Assembly (NCBI GenBank): GCA_028694055.1
Contig: JAQUUA010000001.1
Span: forward strand, 1-47,072
Length of the DNA stretch: 47,072 nt
Direction: 5' to 3'
Origin: Candidatus Methanomethylophilaceae archaeon
Lineage (GTDB): Archaea; Thermoplasmatota; Thermoplasmata; Methanomassiliicoccales; Methanomethylophilaceae
Shown: positions 8,688 to 18,740 of the stretch, piece after piece
Position numbering within the stretch: the first letter of the stretch is position 1
How the letters are laid out: each line of letters opens with the position of its first letter
Notes under the pieces: model-generated
Databases searched by the model: none
What the model saw: the letters and a program-made list of their open reading frames with translations, nothing else
What the model was told of the DNA's origin: nothing
Position numbers and translations under genes: made by a program

Positions 8688-9305
8688 TTGGATGCCTTGG
8701 CCTTTCTAATCATGGTTTTCTTGATCTCCTTCACCGGTGCCTTGTCCCCCGGTCCGCTGACTTTTGGGGCCATGGTCAAGGGGGTGGAGGATCCTTGGGC
8801 TGGCATCAAGGTCTCGCTGGGCCATAGCTTGATGGAGGTCCCGTTGATCGTGGCCATCTACCTCGGTGTGATGGCAATCGTCAATGATCAATTGCTCACG
8901 GCCATCGGGCTATTGGGAGGGTCCATACTGGTGTTTATGGGCATTCAGATGGTGAGGTCCAGGTCGGATATGGGTTCACAGGGAGAGGACAAGATGCGCA
9001 GCAGCGGGACCGTAGGCTTCCTGGCCAGCATCGGTAATCCATACACCTGGATATGGTGGTTGACCGTGGGTGCGGCATTGATTGCCCAAGCTGTCGGCTT
9101 CGGTATCTGGATGCTGCCATTGTTCATCGTGGCCCATCTGTCCACGGACTTCGTTTGGATCACCTTGGTGGCATTCAGCACCAACAAGTCCCGGGCGTTG
9201 CTTTCCGAGGGCTGGATGAGCCGCATAGTGGCAGGCGGAGGCTTGTTGCTTATGGCATTCGGTGCCTACTTCCTTCTCACATCCCTCTCCGGGATCAGCC
9301 TTTGA
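8688..9305 (+). CDS. LysE/RhtB family amino-acid exporter
   Basis: A ~200 aa multi-TM protein with the family N-terminal motif FTGALSPGPLTF. TTG start; an alternative ATG lies at 8712. Confidence 0.65.
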   Translation: MDALAFLIMVFLISFTGALSPGPLTFGAMVKGVEDPWAGIKVSLGHSLMEVPLIVAIYLGVMAIVNDQLLTAIGLLGGSILVFMGIQMVRSRSDMGSQGEDKMRSSGTVGFLASIGNPYTWIWWLTVGAALIAQAVGFGIWMLPLFIVAHLSTDFVWITLVAFSTNKSRALLSEGWMSRIVAGGGLLLMAFGAYFLLTSLSGISL

Positions 9306-10197
9306 GCTGAAGCATCCGATCCAGGGAAGTTCTGGCTCGTTTAGCGACCGACTCATCTAAAACAACTTTCGTCCTCTCGTGACGCAGACAATCGAGGATG
9401 GAGGTCAGATCGGTCATTTTCATCATCGGGCATATAGCCACTTCGAAATCGTAGAACTCCTTAGCAGGGTTCTCCTGTCGCAACCGGTGGATGATTCCCC
9501 TCTCAGTGCCGATGATGAATTCCTGGGCAGATGAAGAGCGGGCCCTTTCCAGGATGCCGGCAGTGGATCCGATGAAATCCGCCAACTCCAAGGCCTGGGG
9601 CCGGCATTCCGGATGCATGAGGACCTCGGCCTGCGGATGCACTTCCTTCAAGTTGCGTACCATGGCAGGAGTTATGGCCTGATGAGTGGGGCAGTAGCCG
9701 TCCCAGAAGATGATGCGTTTTGCTGGCAACTTGCTCTGCACGTATGCGCCCAGATTGGCATCGGGTACGAAAATCACCACGTCTTGCGGCAGTGAATCCA
9801 CCACATTCACGGCATTGGCGGATGTGCAGCAGATGTCCATCTCAGTCTTGGCGGCAGCAGTGCTGTTAACATAGCCAACAACGGCAGCGTCGGGGTTACC
9901 GGAACGGATGGAGATTATCTGATCGGGGGAGCACATGGATGCCATGGGACATAGTGCGTCCGGCTCTGGCATGAGGACTGTCTTCTCCGGGTTCACGATC
10001 TTGGCCCCCTCCGCCATGAACCTGACCCCGCAGAAGACAATGACCTCGGCATCTGTCTCAGAGGCTTTTATGGCCAAGGCCAGTGAGTCACCTACGAAAT
10101 CCGCGATGTCCTGCACCTCAGGCAGGCAGTAATTGTGAGCCAATATGATGGCGTTCTTCTCCGCCTTAAGCTGCGTGATCTCCTTCCGAATATCCAT
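9295..10197 (-). CDS. nadA: Quinolinate synthase
   Basis: NAIILAHNYCLPEVQDIADFVGDSL, VFCGVRFMAE and CPMASMC. The ~300 aa length is typical of NadA. Confidence 0.9.
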   Translation of the reverse strand: MDIRKEITQLKAEKNAIILAHNYCLPEVQDIADFVGDSLALAIKASETDAEVIVFCGVRFMAEGAKIVNPEKTVLMPEPDALCPMASMCSPDQIISIRSGNPDAAVVGYVNSTAAAKTEMDICCTSANAVNVVDSLPQDVVIFVPDANLGAYVQSKLPAKRIIFWDGYCPTHQAITPAMVRNLKEVHPQAEVLMHPECRPQALELADFIGSTAGILERARSSSAQEFIIGTERGIIHRLRQENPAKEFYDFEVAICPMMKMTDLTSILDCLRHERTKVVLDESVAKRARTSLDRMLQLKG

Positions 10198-10303
10198 CGG
10201 TGCAGGAATGATGGGCCTTGATTAAAAACTTGTCCGCTGTTCCCTAAAGGATGTGATGATTCCATGAAACTATTTATCCCGCTTGGGCCTATCCTGGCTA
10301 TAG

Positions 10304-10681
10304 ATGACGGACAGAGAAGAGAAAGCAAAAGCTTATTTCCAGTGTGATACCCGTGACCGGGCCATCTTCGAAGCCGGGATCAAGATGGGTACCATCTATC
10401 ACCAGTTCGTGGGTGTTCCGGTGGACCTTAGCTCCGTAGACATCTTAGAACGGTCGATAGAGAGAGGCGTCCTGGTGCAACCTTATGTGGAATCCGTGTC
10501 CGTACGCATCGACCGCTCCCATTTCCGTTCCAAGAAGGACGAGTACGACTACGTCTCCCTCACCGGGAACATGTTGGACGTCACCCTGAGCATCCGCATA
10601 GATGATGTAAGGGTGATAGCAGAGATGAGGTATGTCAAGGAGCTGAACTACCCATTGATGTTTATAAGCGGCGTGGAATAG
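10304..10681 (+). CDS. Archaeal dihydroneopterin aldolase MptD-like protein (COG2098 family)
   Basis: 125 aa. The segment RDRAIFEAGIKMGTIYHQFVGVPV resembles the conserved core of the MptD family as I recall it. No search was possible. Confidence 0.5.
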   Translation: MTDREEKAKAYFQCDTRDRAIFEAGIKMGTIYHQFVGVPVDLSSVDILERSIERGVLVQPYVESVSVRIDRSHFRSKKDEYDYVSLTGNMLDVTLSIRIDDVRVIAEMRYVKELNYPLMFISGVE

Positions 10682-10756
10682 ACGTGATTATACTACGATT
10701 CATTTAAAATCAAGTAATACGATACAGGTATTCCGATTTGCATCGTAGGTTCACCG

Positions 10757-11311
10757 GTGGAAGAGATGATTTCTAACTTAAAAATTGGCATTACAGGATT
10801 ACCGGGGGCCGGAAAGACCCACGCACTGCTTCGTGTCGTGGAGATGCTGGAGTCCGAAGGCTACGCCATCGGCGGCATGGTGAACGAACCAGTCTTGGAT
10901 GGGCGACGGAGAGTGGGTTTCTCTGTGAAGGATTGGAAAACCAAAGAGCTCTGCACATTCGCTCATCTAGACACTGAGAGCAAGGTTACCATCGGAAAGA
11001 TGGGCGTGGATCTGGCGAAGATGGAGGAGGTGGGGGTGCAGGCTATCATGAACGCCTGTGACACCTGCGATGTCATCGTCGTGGACGAGGTGGGTCGGAT
11101 CGAGGTGGAGAGCCAAGCCTTCGTGGACGCTGTGAAGCATGCCATGGACGTGGATAAACCTATGATTCTTACCCTACACAAGAAGTCACGCAATCCCCTT
11201 CTACAGGATATCCGACGCCGGGACGACGTCAGGATATTGGAGGTCACGCCCACCAACAGGAACCTCCTCCCTTACAAGATAATGCGTCTCATGAATGGAG
11301 AAATCATGTGA
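10757..11311 (+). CDS. Nucleoside-triphosphatase, THEP1/MJ1559 family
   Basis: Walker A ITGLPGAGKT, Walker B VIVVDEVGRIE, ~180 aa. GTG start; an alternative ATG lies at 10766. Confidence 0.75.
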   Translation: MEEMISNLKIGITGLPGAGKTHALLRVVEMLESEGYAIGGMVNEPVLDGRRRVGFSVKDWKTKELCTFAHLDTESKVTIGKMGVDLAKMEEVGVQAIMNACDTCDVIVVDEVGRIEVESQAFVDAVKHAMDVDKPMILTLHKKSRNPLLQDIRRRDDVRILEVTPTNRNLLPYKIMRLMNGEIM

Positions 11312-12417
11312 TGCCGGAGTGCATCCAGATCACTGAAGGCCTGACTGAACTCCTTGTTCCTAAGGAGCACTCTCATGGCGGACCGGGGAAGCGAACCGGT
11401 GATGTCTTTTTCAATGCCCAGATGGCTTTCAACCGTGATGTCAGCGTTATGGTCATACGTAGCCTCGAAGACATAGTGGATGTCGCCGATGCCATGACTG
11501 CCACCGGAGCCCGGGCAGTACGCATCGCCAACGAGGTTCCTCGCACCATGGTGGTGGCTAACGACCTGGAGGAGAAATCCCGATGGTTCATCGAATCCAA
11601 TGTGGCCTTGAACGGATTATCAAATTGTCAGACCAACATCCAGAACCTCTCTTGTCTGCTGGCTGAGAAGAGCTTCGACTATGTGGACCTGGACCCATTC
11701 GGTTCTCCCATACCTTTCTTGCAGGCCACCATTCGCGGTTGCCGGAAAAGAGGGGTCTTGGCCATAACGGCCACTGACACCGCGCCCTTGGCCGGCGCAC
11801 ATCGCGCCAAATGTCAGCGCCGTTACCAAGCCCGGCCACTGCGGGGCCCCATGTGCCATGAATCCGGCCTTCGCATCCTCATGGGCGCCATCGCCCGGGA
11901 GTTGGCACGCTTCGACCGAGGTATGGAACCGATACTTTCCTTCTATGCTGACCATTACTTCCGAAGCTACGTTCGGGTGAAGGAGGGAGCAGAGGCCGCC
12001 GATGACACATTATCGAAGCTAGGCTTCTATTCTTATGACCCATCGACATTGGAGAGGAACTTCTCATCTGTTAGCGATGCCGATCATGTCCACGGACCGG
12101 CATGGGGAGGACATCTGCACAATCCCGCACTTCTTTTGGATATGCATACTGACGGTTTGGCTACCCAGAAGAGAGTGGATAAGAGTCTTGCCATCTGGAG
12201 GAAGGAGCTCCCCACACCCATATTCTACGAGATCGGCGAGCTTGCATCCCACCTCAAGGTCCCCTCCCCCCGTCTGGAGGTCCTACTCGAAGCCTTGCGT
12301 TCCAATGGCAGGGCTGAGAAGTGCCATGTGACCCCAACGTCCTTCCGTACCGACCTCCCGCTTCCTACCATCAAGGACCTCTTCATCCAGGCATCTGGCC
12401 TTAAGGACTGGTATTGA
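11308..12417 (+). CDS. trm1: tRNA (guanine26-N2)-dimethyltransferase
   Basis: VFFNAQMAFNRDVSV, DAMTATGARAVR and DLDPFGSPIPFLQA. GTG at 11308 or ATG at 11311 overlaps the upstream stop codon. Confidence 0.85.
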   Translation: MMPECIQITEGLTELLVPKEHSHGGPGKRTGDVFFNAQMAFNRDVSVMVIRSLEDIVDVADAMTATGARAVRIANEVPRTMVVANDLEEKSRWFIESNVALNGLSNCQTNIQNLSCLLAEKSFDYVDLDPFGSPIPFLQATIRGCRKRGVLAITATDTAPLAGAHRAKCQRRYQARPLRGPMCHESGLRILMGAIARELARFDRGMEPILSFYADHYFRSYVRVKEGAEAADDTLSKLGFYSYDPSTLERNFSSVSDADHVHGPAWGGHLHNPALLLDMHTDGLATQKRVDKSLAIWRKELPTPIFYEIGELASHLKVPSPRLEVLLEALRSNGRAEKCHVTPTSFRTDLPLPTIKDLFIQASGLKDWY

Positions 12418-12461
12418 CAAACATTTATTATCGGTAAGTCAATGGCGCCGCCGGTGAGGTT

Positions 12462-13763
12462 TTGAGAACTCTCGCAGTGATAGGCGCGCAATGGGGAGAC
12501 GAGGGCAAAGGCAAGATAACTGATTATCTGGCCGAGCAGGCGGACATGATTGTACGATTCCAGGGCGGCAACAATGCTGGCCACACCATCATGATCGGAG
12601 AGGAGGTCTTCAAGTTGCACCTCCTTCCCTCCGGGATCCTTAGACCTGACAAGTTGGCTGTGATCGGAAACGGTGTGGTCCTGGACGTTGATGGCCTGCT
12701 GGAGGAGATAAGCGCAGTGGAATCCTCTGGACGCTCCGTGGCCGGTCTGCGCATATCCGACCGGGCGCACATCATTCTCAACTACCACCGCAAACTGGAT
12801 GGAGCGGAGGAGTCCTATCGGGGCAACAACACCGTTGGTACCACCAAGAGAGGCATCGGCCCCTGCTACCAGGACAAGATCGCCCGATACGGATTCCGGG
12901 TCTGCGACCTTCTGGAGCGAGAGACTCTGGAGGAGAAGGCCTCTTTCGTCCTTCCATACAAGAAGGACATCATGAACCTCATGGGTGAAGACTGCCAGTG
13001 CACCGTGGAGACCCTCACCGATCGCCTCTACGCCTGGGGCCAGCGCCTTAAGGACCACATCTGCGACTCTTCTGTACTGGTCACCGAGGCCATCGACCGC
13101 GGTGACAAGGTGCTTTTCGAAGGTGCACAGGGAGTCATGCTGGACATCGACTACGGCACCTATCCTTTCGTCACCTCTTCCAACACCGTTTCCGGCGGCA
13201 TATCCACTGGCTCTGGCGTCTCCCCCAACCGCATCGGCCAAGTGATCGGTTGCCTGAAGGCCTACACCACCAGGGTGGGTTCCGGCCCCATGCCCACCGA
13301 GCTCTGCGACGACCTGGGCGCGGACCTCATGAAGAAAGGAGGGGAGTTCGGCACCACCACCGGCCGTGGCAGGCGCTGCGGATGGTTGGATCTGGTGGTG
13401 GCCAAGCACTCCGTCCGTCTCTGTGGCATTTCCTCCTTGGCGTTGACCAAACTGGACGTTCTGAACGGAATGGACAAGGTCAAAGTCTGTGTGGGATATG
13501 ATATCGACGGCGAGACCGTCACAGAGTTCCCGGCGTCCCTGAAACGTTTGGCCAGGGCCATCCCCATCTATGAAGAGTTGGCTGGTTGGGACGGTTGGGA
13601 GTCCTCAGAAAAGGTGGCCAGCGCTGGCTACGATTCCCTGCCTCAATCCATGCGTGACTACGTGGACTTCGTGGAAGACTACCTACAAGTGCCCGCGGAC
13701 ATCATCAGCATCGGCAAGCGCCGTTCCGAGACCATAGACCGCCGCCGCAATTGGTGGAATTAA
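12462..13763 (+). CDS. purA: Adenylosuccinate synthetase
   Basis: GAQWGDEGKGKITD, GGNNAGHT and TTKRGIGPCY. TTG start preceded by GGTGAGG. Confidence 0.92.
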   Translation: MRTLAVIGAQWGDEGKGKITDYLAEQADMIVRFQGGNNAGHTIMIGEEVFKLHLLPSGILRPDKLAVIGNGVVLDVDGLLEEISAVESSGRSVAGLRISDRAHIILNYHRKLDGAEESYRGNNTVGTTKRGIGPCYQDKIARYGFRVCDLLERETLEEKASFVLPYKKDIMNLMGEDCQCTVETLTDRLYAWGQRLKDHICDSSVLVTEAIDRGDKVLFEGAQGVMLDIDYGTYPFVTSSNTVSGGISTGSGVSPNRIGQVIGCLKAYTTRVGSGPMPTELCDDLGADLMKKGGEFGTTTGRGRRCGWLDLVVAKHSVRLCGISSLALTKLDVLNGMDKVKVCVGYDIDGETVTEFPASLKRLARAIPIYEELAGWDGWESSEKVASAGYDSLPQSMRDYVDFVEDYLQVPADIISIGKRRSETIDRRRNWWN

Positions 13764-15028
13764 TCCAATACAGCGCGGCGGTAGTCCCTTTCCTTCCCCA
13801 ACGGCATGGTGGCATCTATGCCCACCTTCCAAGTGGTTCCGGAGGCGCTAGGGTCCAGCGATGAACCGGCGGCATCGGGCACACGTAGCATGCGGTTGCC
13901 CTGGAACCGGGTGGCCACCGCCCATTCCACCTGACGGTCATCGAAGATGTCGATATCATCATCCACGACTATGACCTGCTTGAGTGATGGATGGCCGGTG
14001 AAGGCGGCCATGATGGCGTTCATTCCATCCCCCTCCTTGTTCTTGGTTATGGAAACCACCCCATGCAACCAACAGCAGCCTCCTTCTGTAAGGCGTACAG
14101 CGTGGGTACGGGGGACGGCCTGACGGACGGTTTTGAACATCATGGGTTCCCGGGGCATCCCCATCAGAAGATAATGCTCGTAGCCCCCTGGCAGCAGGAG
14201 GTGGAATATTGGCTCCCGGCAGGTCCACATCTTCTCCACCCGGATGACTGGTTCTTTGCGGATATGGTCGTAGGTTCCGGTGATGTCTACGAATGGGCCC
14301 TCGTCTGCAGTCTCGAAGGTCAGCTTGGCCTCAAAAACGTAATCAGCGTTGGCTGGCACAGTTATCCCATTGTCTGTCTTCCCCACTGCCATAGGGGCTC
14401 CAGAAACAGATTTGCGGATGGCGCTGGCAACCTCCAGCTCATCCACTCCGAAATCCAAGGAGGTGGCAGCGGCCAAGAGGGCGCAGGGGCAGACCCCTAC
14501 ACATATGGCGATGTTCAACTCCTTGCCGGCCTTCTTGGCCAGTTTATGCATGGTGAAGAGATGGCGCGGCACCAGCCTCACCGCCAGATGGTTCTTGTCC
14601 ATGACCATCATGCGGTGGAATGACATGTTCCTCTGCCCCTCGAATTCGGCAACGATCACTCCCGCGGTGATGTAACGACCACCGTCCTCCGGGAAGTACT
14701 TAGGTATGGGCAGAGAGAGTAGGTCCACATCCTCCGTCAACTTGTGGCGGAAATCCGGTTTGTCTGTGAACACGGTCGGTACAGGGTGGGAAATGGCATT
14801 GTCCAGATGCTTGGCGATATCCGCCACGGGGATGTTCATGGCCTTGGCCATCTTCTCCCTGGTGGACAATAGGTTGCCTGCGGCTTCTCCTCCATTGAGG
14901 TTCTTGAAGTGCACGGTCATGTCCTGGTCTCGCTGCAGGATGCGGGTGACATCGTTGGAATCGGAATCAACAGGTTCTTGCAATACCTGTACGTCATCCA
15001 TCATGGACAGATGAGCTCTTACTGACAT
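13760..15028 (-). CDS. UbiD family (prFMN-dependent) decarboxylase
   Basis: ~420 aa. SFHRMMVMDKNHLAVRLVPRH resembles the UbiD core motif (YR-type segment). No ubiX is adjacent. Confidence 0.65.
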   Translation of the reverse strand: MSVRAHLSMMDDVQVLQEPVDSDSNDVTRILQRDQDMTVHFKNLNGGEAAGNLLSTREKMAKAMNIPVADIAKHLDNAISHPVPTVFTDKPDFRHKLTEDVDLLSLPIPKYFPEDGGRYITAGVIVAEFEGQRNMSFHRMMVMDKNHLAVRLVPRHLFTMHKLAKKAGKELNIAICVGVCPCALLAAATSLDFGVDELEVASAIRKSVSGAPMAVGKTDNGITVPANADYVFEAKLTFETADEGPFVDITGTYDHIRKEPVIRVEKMWTCREPIFHLLLPGGYEHYLLMGMPREPMMFKTVRQAVPRTHAVRLTEGGCCWLHGVVSITKNKEGDGMNAIMAAFTGHPSLKQVIVVDDDIDIFDDRQVEWAVATRFQGNRMLRVPDAAGSSLDPSASGTTWKVGIDATMPLGKERDYRRAVLD

Positions 15029-15031
15029 AGA

Positions 15032-15058
15032 CCTATAAACCCAGTAGGCCTATAATAA
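15032..15058. promoter_or_regulatory. Pair of TATA-like elements in the 31-nt divergent UbiD-family/gltX intergenic region
   Basis: CCTATAA occurs twice (15032-15038 and 15049-15055). The first is about 24 nt from the gltX ATG (15060). The second, read on the minus strand, is about 26 nt from the UbiD-family ATG (15028). Confidence 0.4.
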
Positions 15059-15059
15059 G

Positions 15060-16802
15060 ATGAGTGGGGAGAACCCGCTGGGTCTTCTCAAAGGTAATAT
15101 ATTGGCGCACGCTTTCGTCAATTCAATGTCAGAAGACCAGGTGGAGACCGTCGTCAGAAAGTACGCCCTGCAGAACGCAGTGTTCTTCAAAGGCCAAGCC
15201 AACCCCAAAGCAGTGGCGGGCAAGGTCCTGGGGGAACGTCCGGAACTGCGTTCCCGCTCCGCCGAGGTCCTGGAGATGGTGGGGTCGATTGTGGCAGAGG
15301 TCAACTCCCTAGGATTGGAGAGGCAGACTGCCGCTCTAGCGGATATGGACCCCGCTTTGATGGTGAAGCAGAAGAAAGAGCGACGCTTCGAGCTGCCTGA
15401 GCTGGAAGGGTCTGAGAAAGTGGTCATGCGCATAGCCCCTGGCCCTTCTGGACCGCTGCATATCGGCCACTCCCGAGTGGCAATCCTGAACGATGAGTAC
15501 GTCAAGAGGTATGACGGGGTCTTGATCAACAGGCTGGAAGACACCAACCCGGAGAAGATCGATCCGGATGCCTACGATATGATTCCAGAGGACTTGGAAT
15601 GGTTGGATGTGAAGGTGCACAGCACCGTACGCCAAAGCGAACGCTTCCACCTCTATTACGATACCACCCGTAAACTCATTGAGATGGGGAAGGCCTTCGT
15701 ATGCATCTGTCCCGGGGATAGCCTGAAGGACTTGAAGGCCGAGATGCGGGGCTGCCCCTGTCGCGAACTGACTGTCGAGGAAAACCTGGAACGCTTCGAC
15801 CGCCTGCTTTCCAATCACTATAGCGAGGGGGAGGCGGTGGCGGTCATAAAGACCGATATCGCTCATCCCAACCCTGCCCTGCGGGATTTCGTGGCCCTGC
15901 GTATAGTGGAACACCCTCATCCCCGCACTGGTGACAAATTCAACGTCTATCCTATGATGAACCTGTCTGTGGCCGTCGACGACCACCTCATGGGGATGAC
16001 TCACGTCATCCGGGGGAAGGATCATCTCAACAACACCCACCGACAGGAATACATCTATGACTACATGGGCTGGGAGAGGCCTCGCTTCTATCACTACGGT
16101 CTGGTGAACATCCCGGACACTGTCCTCAAGACCTCCCTCATACGCCAAAGCATCAAAGAGGGTGATTACAGCGGCTGGGACGATGTCAGGACCGGGACCT
16201 TGCGGGCCTTGCAGAGGAGGGGCATAACCCCTGATGCCATCCGTCGTTATTGGATCGAGGGAGGGATCAAATCAGTGGATATGCAGTTCTCTTGGGAGAA
16301 CCTGTTCTCCATGAACCGCGACGTCATCGATGATGCATCCAACCGCTATTTCTACGTGCCATCACCGCAGACCCTGCGCTTCCATGGCATCGACCGGGTG
16401 GAGTCACATGCCCCTCTGCACCCAGACCACCCTGAGCGTGGCGAGAGGCACATAATCATCAGGGAGGGCGACGACGTCTTGCTGTCCCCAGAGGACATGG
16501 CCTTGTTGCAGGGGTCGGGTATGGTCCGCCTCAAGGATCTCTGCAACATCGAACTGCAGGATGGTGCCCATTACGCCGGCACAGACCTATCCGTTTTGAA
16601 GAAGGGAGTCAAAGTGGTGCAATGGGTCGATCAGGGCTCCGCACCCATGGAGATCCTCATGCCCGACGGCAGCATCAGTTCCGGTAGGGTGGAGAGAGCC
16701 TTGATGGCGGAGAAGGGTGACACTGTGCAACTGGAGCGCTTCGGGTTCGTCCGACTGCACCATCATGGAGACAAGGTCTCCGCCGTCTTCGCCCACCGTT
16801 AG
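15060..16802 (+). CDS. gltX: Glutamyl-tRNA synthetase, archaeal type
   Basis: VRKYALQNAVFFKG in the N-terminal domain, HIGH motif PSGPLHIGHSRVA, and THVIRGKDHLNNT. An alternative start exists at ATG 15126. Confidence 0.9.
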   Translation: MSGENPLGLLKGNILAHAFVNSMSEDQVETVVRKYALQNAVFFKGQANPKAVAGKVLGERPELRSRSAEVLEMVGSIVAEVNSLGLERQTAALADMDPALMVKQKKERRFELPELEGSEKVVMRIAPGPSGPLHIGHSRVAILNDEYVKRYDGVLINRLEDTNPEKIDPDAYDMIPEDLEWLDVKVHSTVRQSERFHLYYDTTRKLIEMGKAFVCICPGDSLKDLKAEMRGCPCRELTVEENLERFDRLLSNHYSEGEAVAVIKTDIAHPNPALRDFVALRIVEHPHPRTGDKFNVYPMMNLSVAVDDHLMGMTHVIRGKDHLNNTHRQEYIYDYMGWERPRFYHYGLVNIPDTVLKTSLIRQSIKEGDYSGWDDVRTGTLRALQRRGITPDAIRRYWIEGGIKSVDMQFSWENLFSMNRDVIDDASNRYFYVPSPQTLRFHGIDRVESHAPLHPDHPERGERHIIIREGDDVLLSPEDMALLQGSGMVRLKDLCNIELQDGAHYAGTDLSVLKKGVKVVQWVDQGSAPMEILMPDGSISSGRVERALMAEKGDTVQLERFGFVRLHHHGDKVSAVFAHR

Positions 16803-18736
16803 AGGATGTTCAGCCCCAGTATCAGATTGAACAATGCCCCCACTCCGAAAGCTAAGGAGATGGAGCAGAAGCTGATAACTAGGGTGTCTCTAAGGCCGAA
16901 CTCCTTCCAGAGCACGGCCATGGTTGCCAGGCACGGCAGGTATATGGCCATCACCAGGCCGAAGATGAAGAACTGATCCGGGCTGAGATAGCTGGAGAGG
17001 TCGGAGACCGTCCCCACGGAGAACAGTGTTATGAGCATGCCCAAGGCCATCTCCTTACGTATCACTCCGACGATGAATGAGATGATGGTGACGGCAGGAA
17101 GGCCTAGAAGGCCCACGGTGAGGAATGTGAATGGGTCCACTATGAAGTTCAATGCATCATAGGCTATGAGAACCTCCACCCCGATGCTTCCCACGAACAA
17201 GAGAGGGAAGGCGATGAGGAAGAAGTCCTTGCTGCGGGACCATGTCTTGAAAGCCACGTTACGGATGGTGGGCAGGCTCAACTCCGGTATCTCCATGGCC
17301 AGATAGGTGGGCTCGTACTGGAGCCAGCGGTCCATCATCCTTCCGAGGATCAGCATGATCGAAAGCAGGACCAGGAATATCAACGCCGCATAGCCGATGC
17401 CAGCGAAACGTCCGGTTATGCCCAGGATGATGGCCATCTGGGCTGAGCAGGGTACGGTCATGACGATGAGGGTGGCTAGGATCAACCTCTCCCTCTTGGT
17501 GCCAGCGGTGCGGGTGGCCAGTACCGCCGGCACGGTGCAACCCAATCCCACCATCATGGGGATCACGGCACGGCCATGCAGGCCGATGCGGTGCATAACG
17601 CCGTCCAACAACACCACTGCCCTAGGCAGATAGCCGGTGTCCTCCAGTATCCCCATGATGATGTAGAACACCATGATGTAAGGTATCACCAGAACCAGGA
17701 TGGCCATGATGCTCTGGTCAACTCCGGTGGCCACTGTCTCCCCTAGGGCCCCTCCTACGGTGGCCCCCCAGGTGATGATGGCGTCACCGACCAGATCATC
17801 GTAGATGCCAGAGATGAGTTCGTCCAGCAATCCACCTAACATCACGATGCCCAGGAAGAGGCTGCTGAGAACAGCAATGAGGATGGGTATGCCGGTGAGA
17901 GGATGGAGGGTGAGGTCGGAGACCTTCTCTTGCAGGGACGGTCCACCTTTGAGGGGCTTCTGCACCCCCCTCAATATCCTTCCTGCCTCTCCGTAACGGT
18001 CCCGGTTGATATGCACATCGATGCTCTCATCGTGAGTTATCTTGAAATCATCAGCGATGACCAGGGCCCGATCCCTCATCTCATCCGGCAATAGTATGGA
18101 GACATACTCGTTGCCTTCCAGCAGTTTCACCGCCGCCCCCCTTTTGGGATACGGCAAATCACCGGTGACCATGGCGACCAATTCGGTGAGATGCGCTTCT
18201 ATGTGCCCGTCATAGCGCACCTGGAACGATGTCCGAGGGAGCTCAGGGCTGAGCATGGCATCCGCCAGCATCTCGATGCCCTCCCCATGCTTAGCGGATA
18301 TGGGTATGACCGGTATCCCCAGTTCCTGGTGCAAAGCCTCCACATCCAGTGTGAATCGTCTGCGCGCCAGGTCCATCTGGTTCAAAGCCAGTATCACCGG
18401 GTATCCCAGCTCGATCAATTGGAAAAGCAGCACCAGCGATGGTTCCAAACGGGTGGCGTCCGCCACCAGTATGACCCGGTCAGGGTGCTCGTCCTCCAGC
18501 ATACGGAGGGCCACCACCTCGTCCTCAGACTCCCCGGACAAGGAGTAGGTCCCCGGGAGGTCGTGAATATGGGCCTTATGACCGTTCCGGAGAACCGTGC
18601 CCTCGTAGAACTCCACCGTCGTCCCAGGATAATTGCAGGCTAGCACGCCAACGCCAGTGAGACGGGTGAACAGGGTGGACTTACCAACATTGGGTTGTCC
18701 CATCAAAGCTACTTGGATTTCCTTGTGCGCCTGCAT
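16799..18736 (-). CDS. feoB: Ferrous iron transporter FeoB
   Basis: G-domain motifs GQPNVGKSTLF, DLPGTYSL and NQMD, followed by a large polytopic membrane domain. I chose the start at ATG 18736 (MQAHKEIQVAL), just after the upstream gene's stop; the track's extension to 18802 overlaps that gene. Confidence 0.9.
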   Translation of the reverse strand: MQAHKEIQVALMGQPNVGKSTLFTRLTGVGVLACNYPGTTVEFYEGTVLRNGHKAHIHDLPGTYSLSGESEDEVVALRMLEDEHPDRVILVADATRLEPSLVLLFQLIELGYPVILALNQMDLARRRFTLDVEALHQELGIPVIPISAKHGEGIEMLADAMLSPELPRTSFQVRYDGHIEAHLTELVAMVTGDLPYPKRGAAVKLLEGNEYVSILLPDEMRDRALVIADDFKITHDESIDVHINRDRYGEAGRILRGVQKPLKGGPSLQEKVSDLTLHPLTGIPILIAVLSSLFLGIVMLGGLLDELISGIYDDLVGDAIITWGATVGGALGETVATGVDQSIMAILVLVIPYIMVFYIIMGILEDTGYLPRAVVLLDGVMHRIGLHGRAVIPMMVGLGCTVPAVLATRTAGTKRERLILATLIVMTVPCSAQMAIILGITGRFAGIGYAALIFLVLLSIMLILGRMMDRWLQYEPTYLAMEIPELSLPTIRNVAFKTWSRSKDFFLIAFPLLFVGSIGVEVLIAYDALNFIVDPFTFLTVGLLGLPAVTIISFIVGVIRKEMALGMLITLFSVGTVSDLSSYLSPDQFFIFGLVMAIYLPCLATMAVLWKEFGLRDTLVISFCSISLAFGVGALFNLILGLNIL

Positions 18737-18740
18737 GGTA

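Noticed and set aside
12225-13409. A 394-aa ORF on the minus strand.
   Set aside because: It lies entirely antisense to purA, which has unmistakable family motifs. Its translation is Gly/Ala/Val/His-rich and low-complexity, as is typical for the opposite strand of a GC-rich gene.
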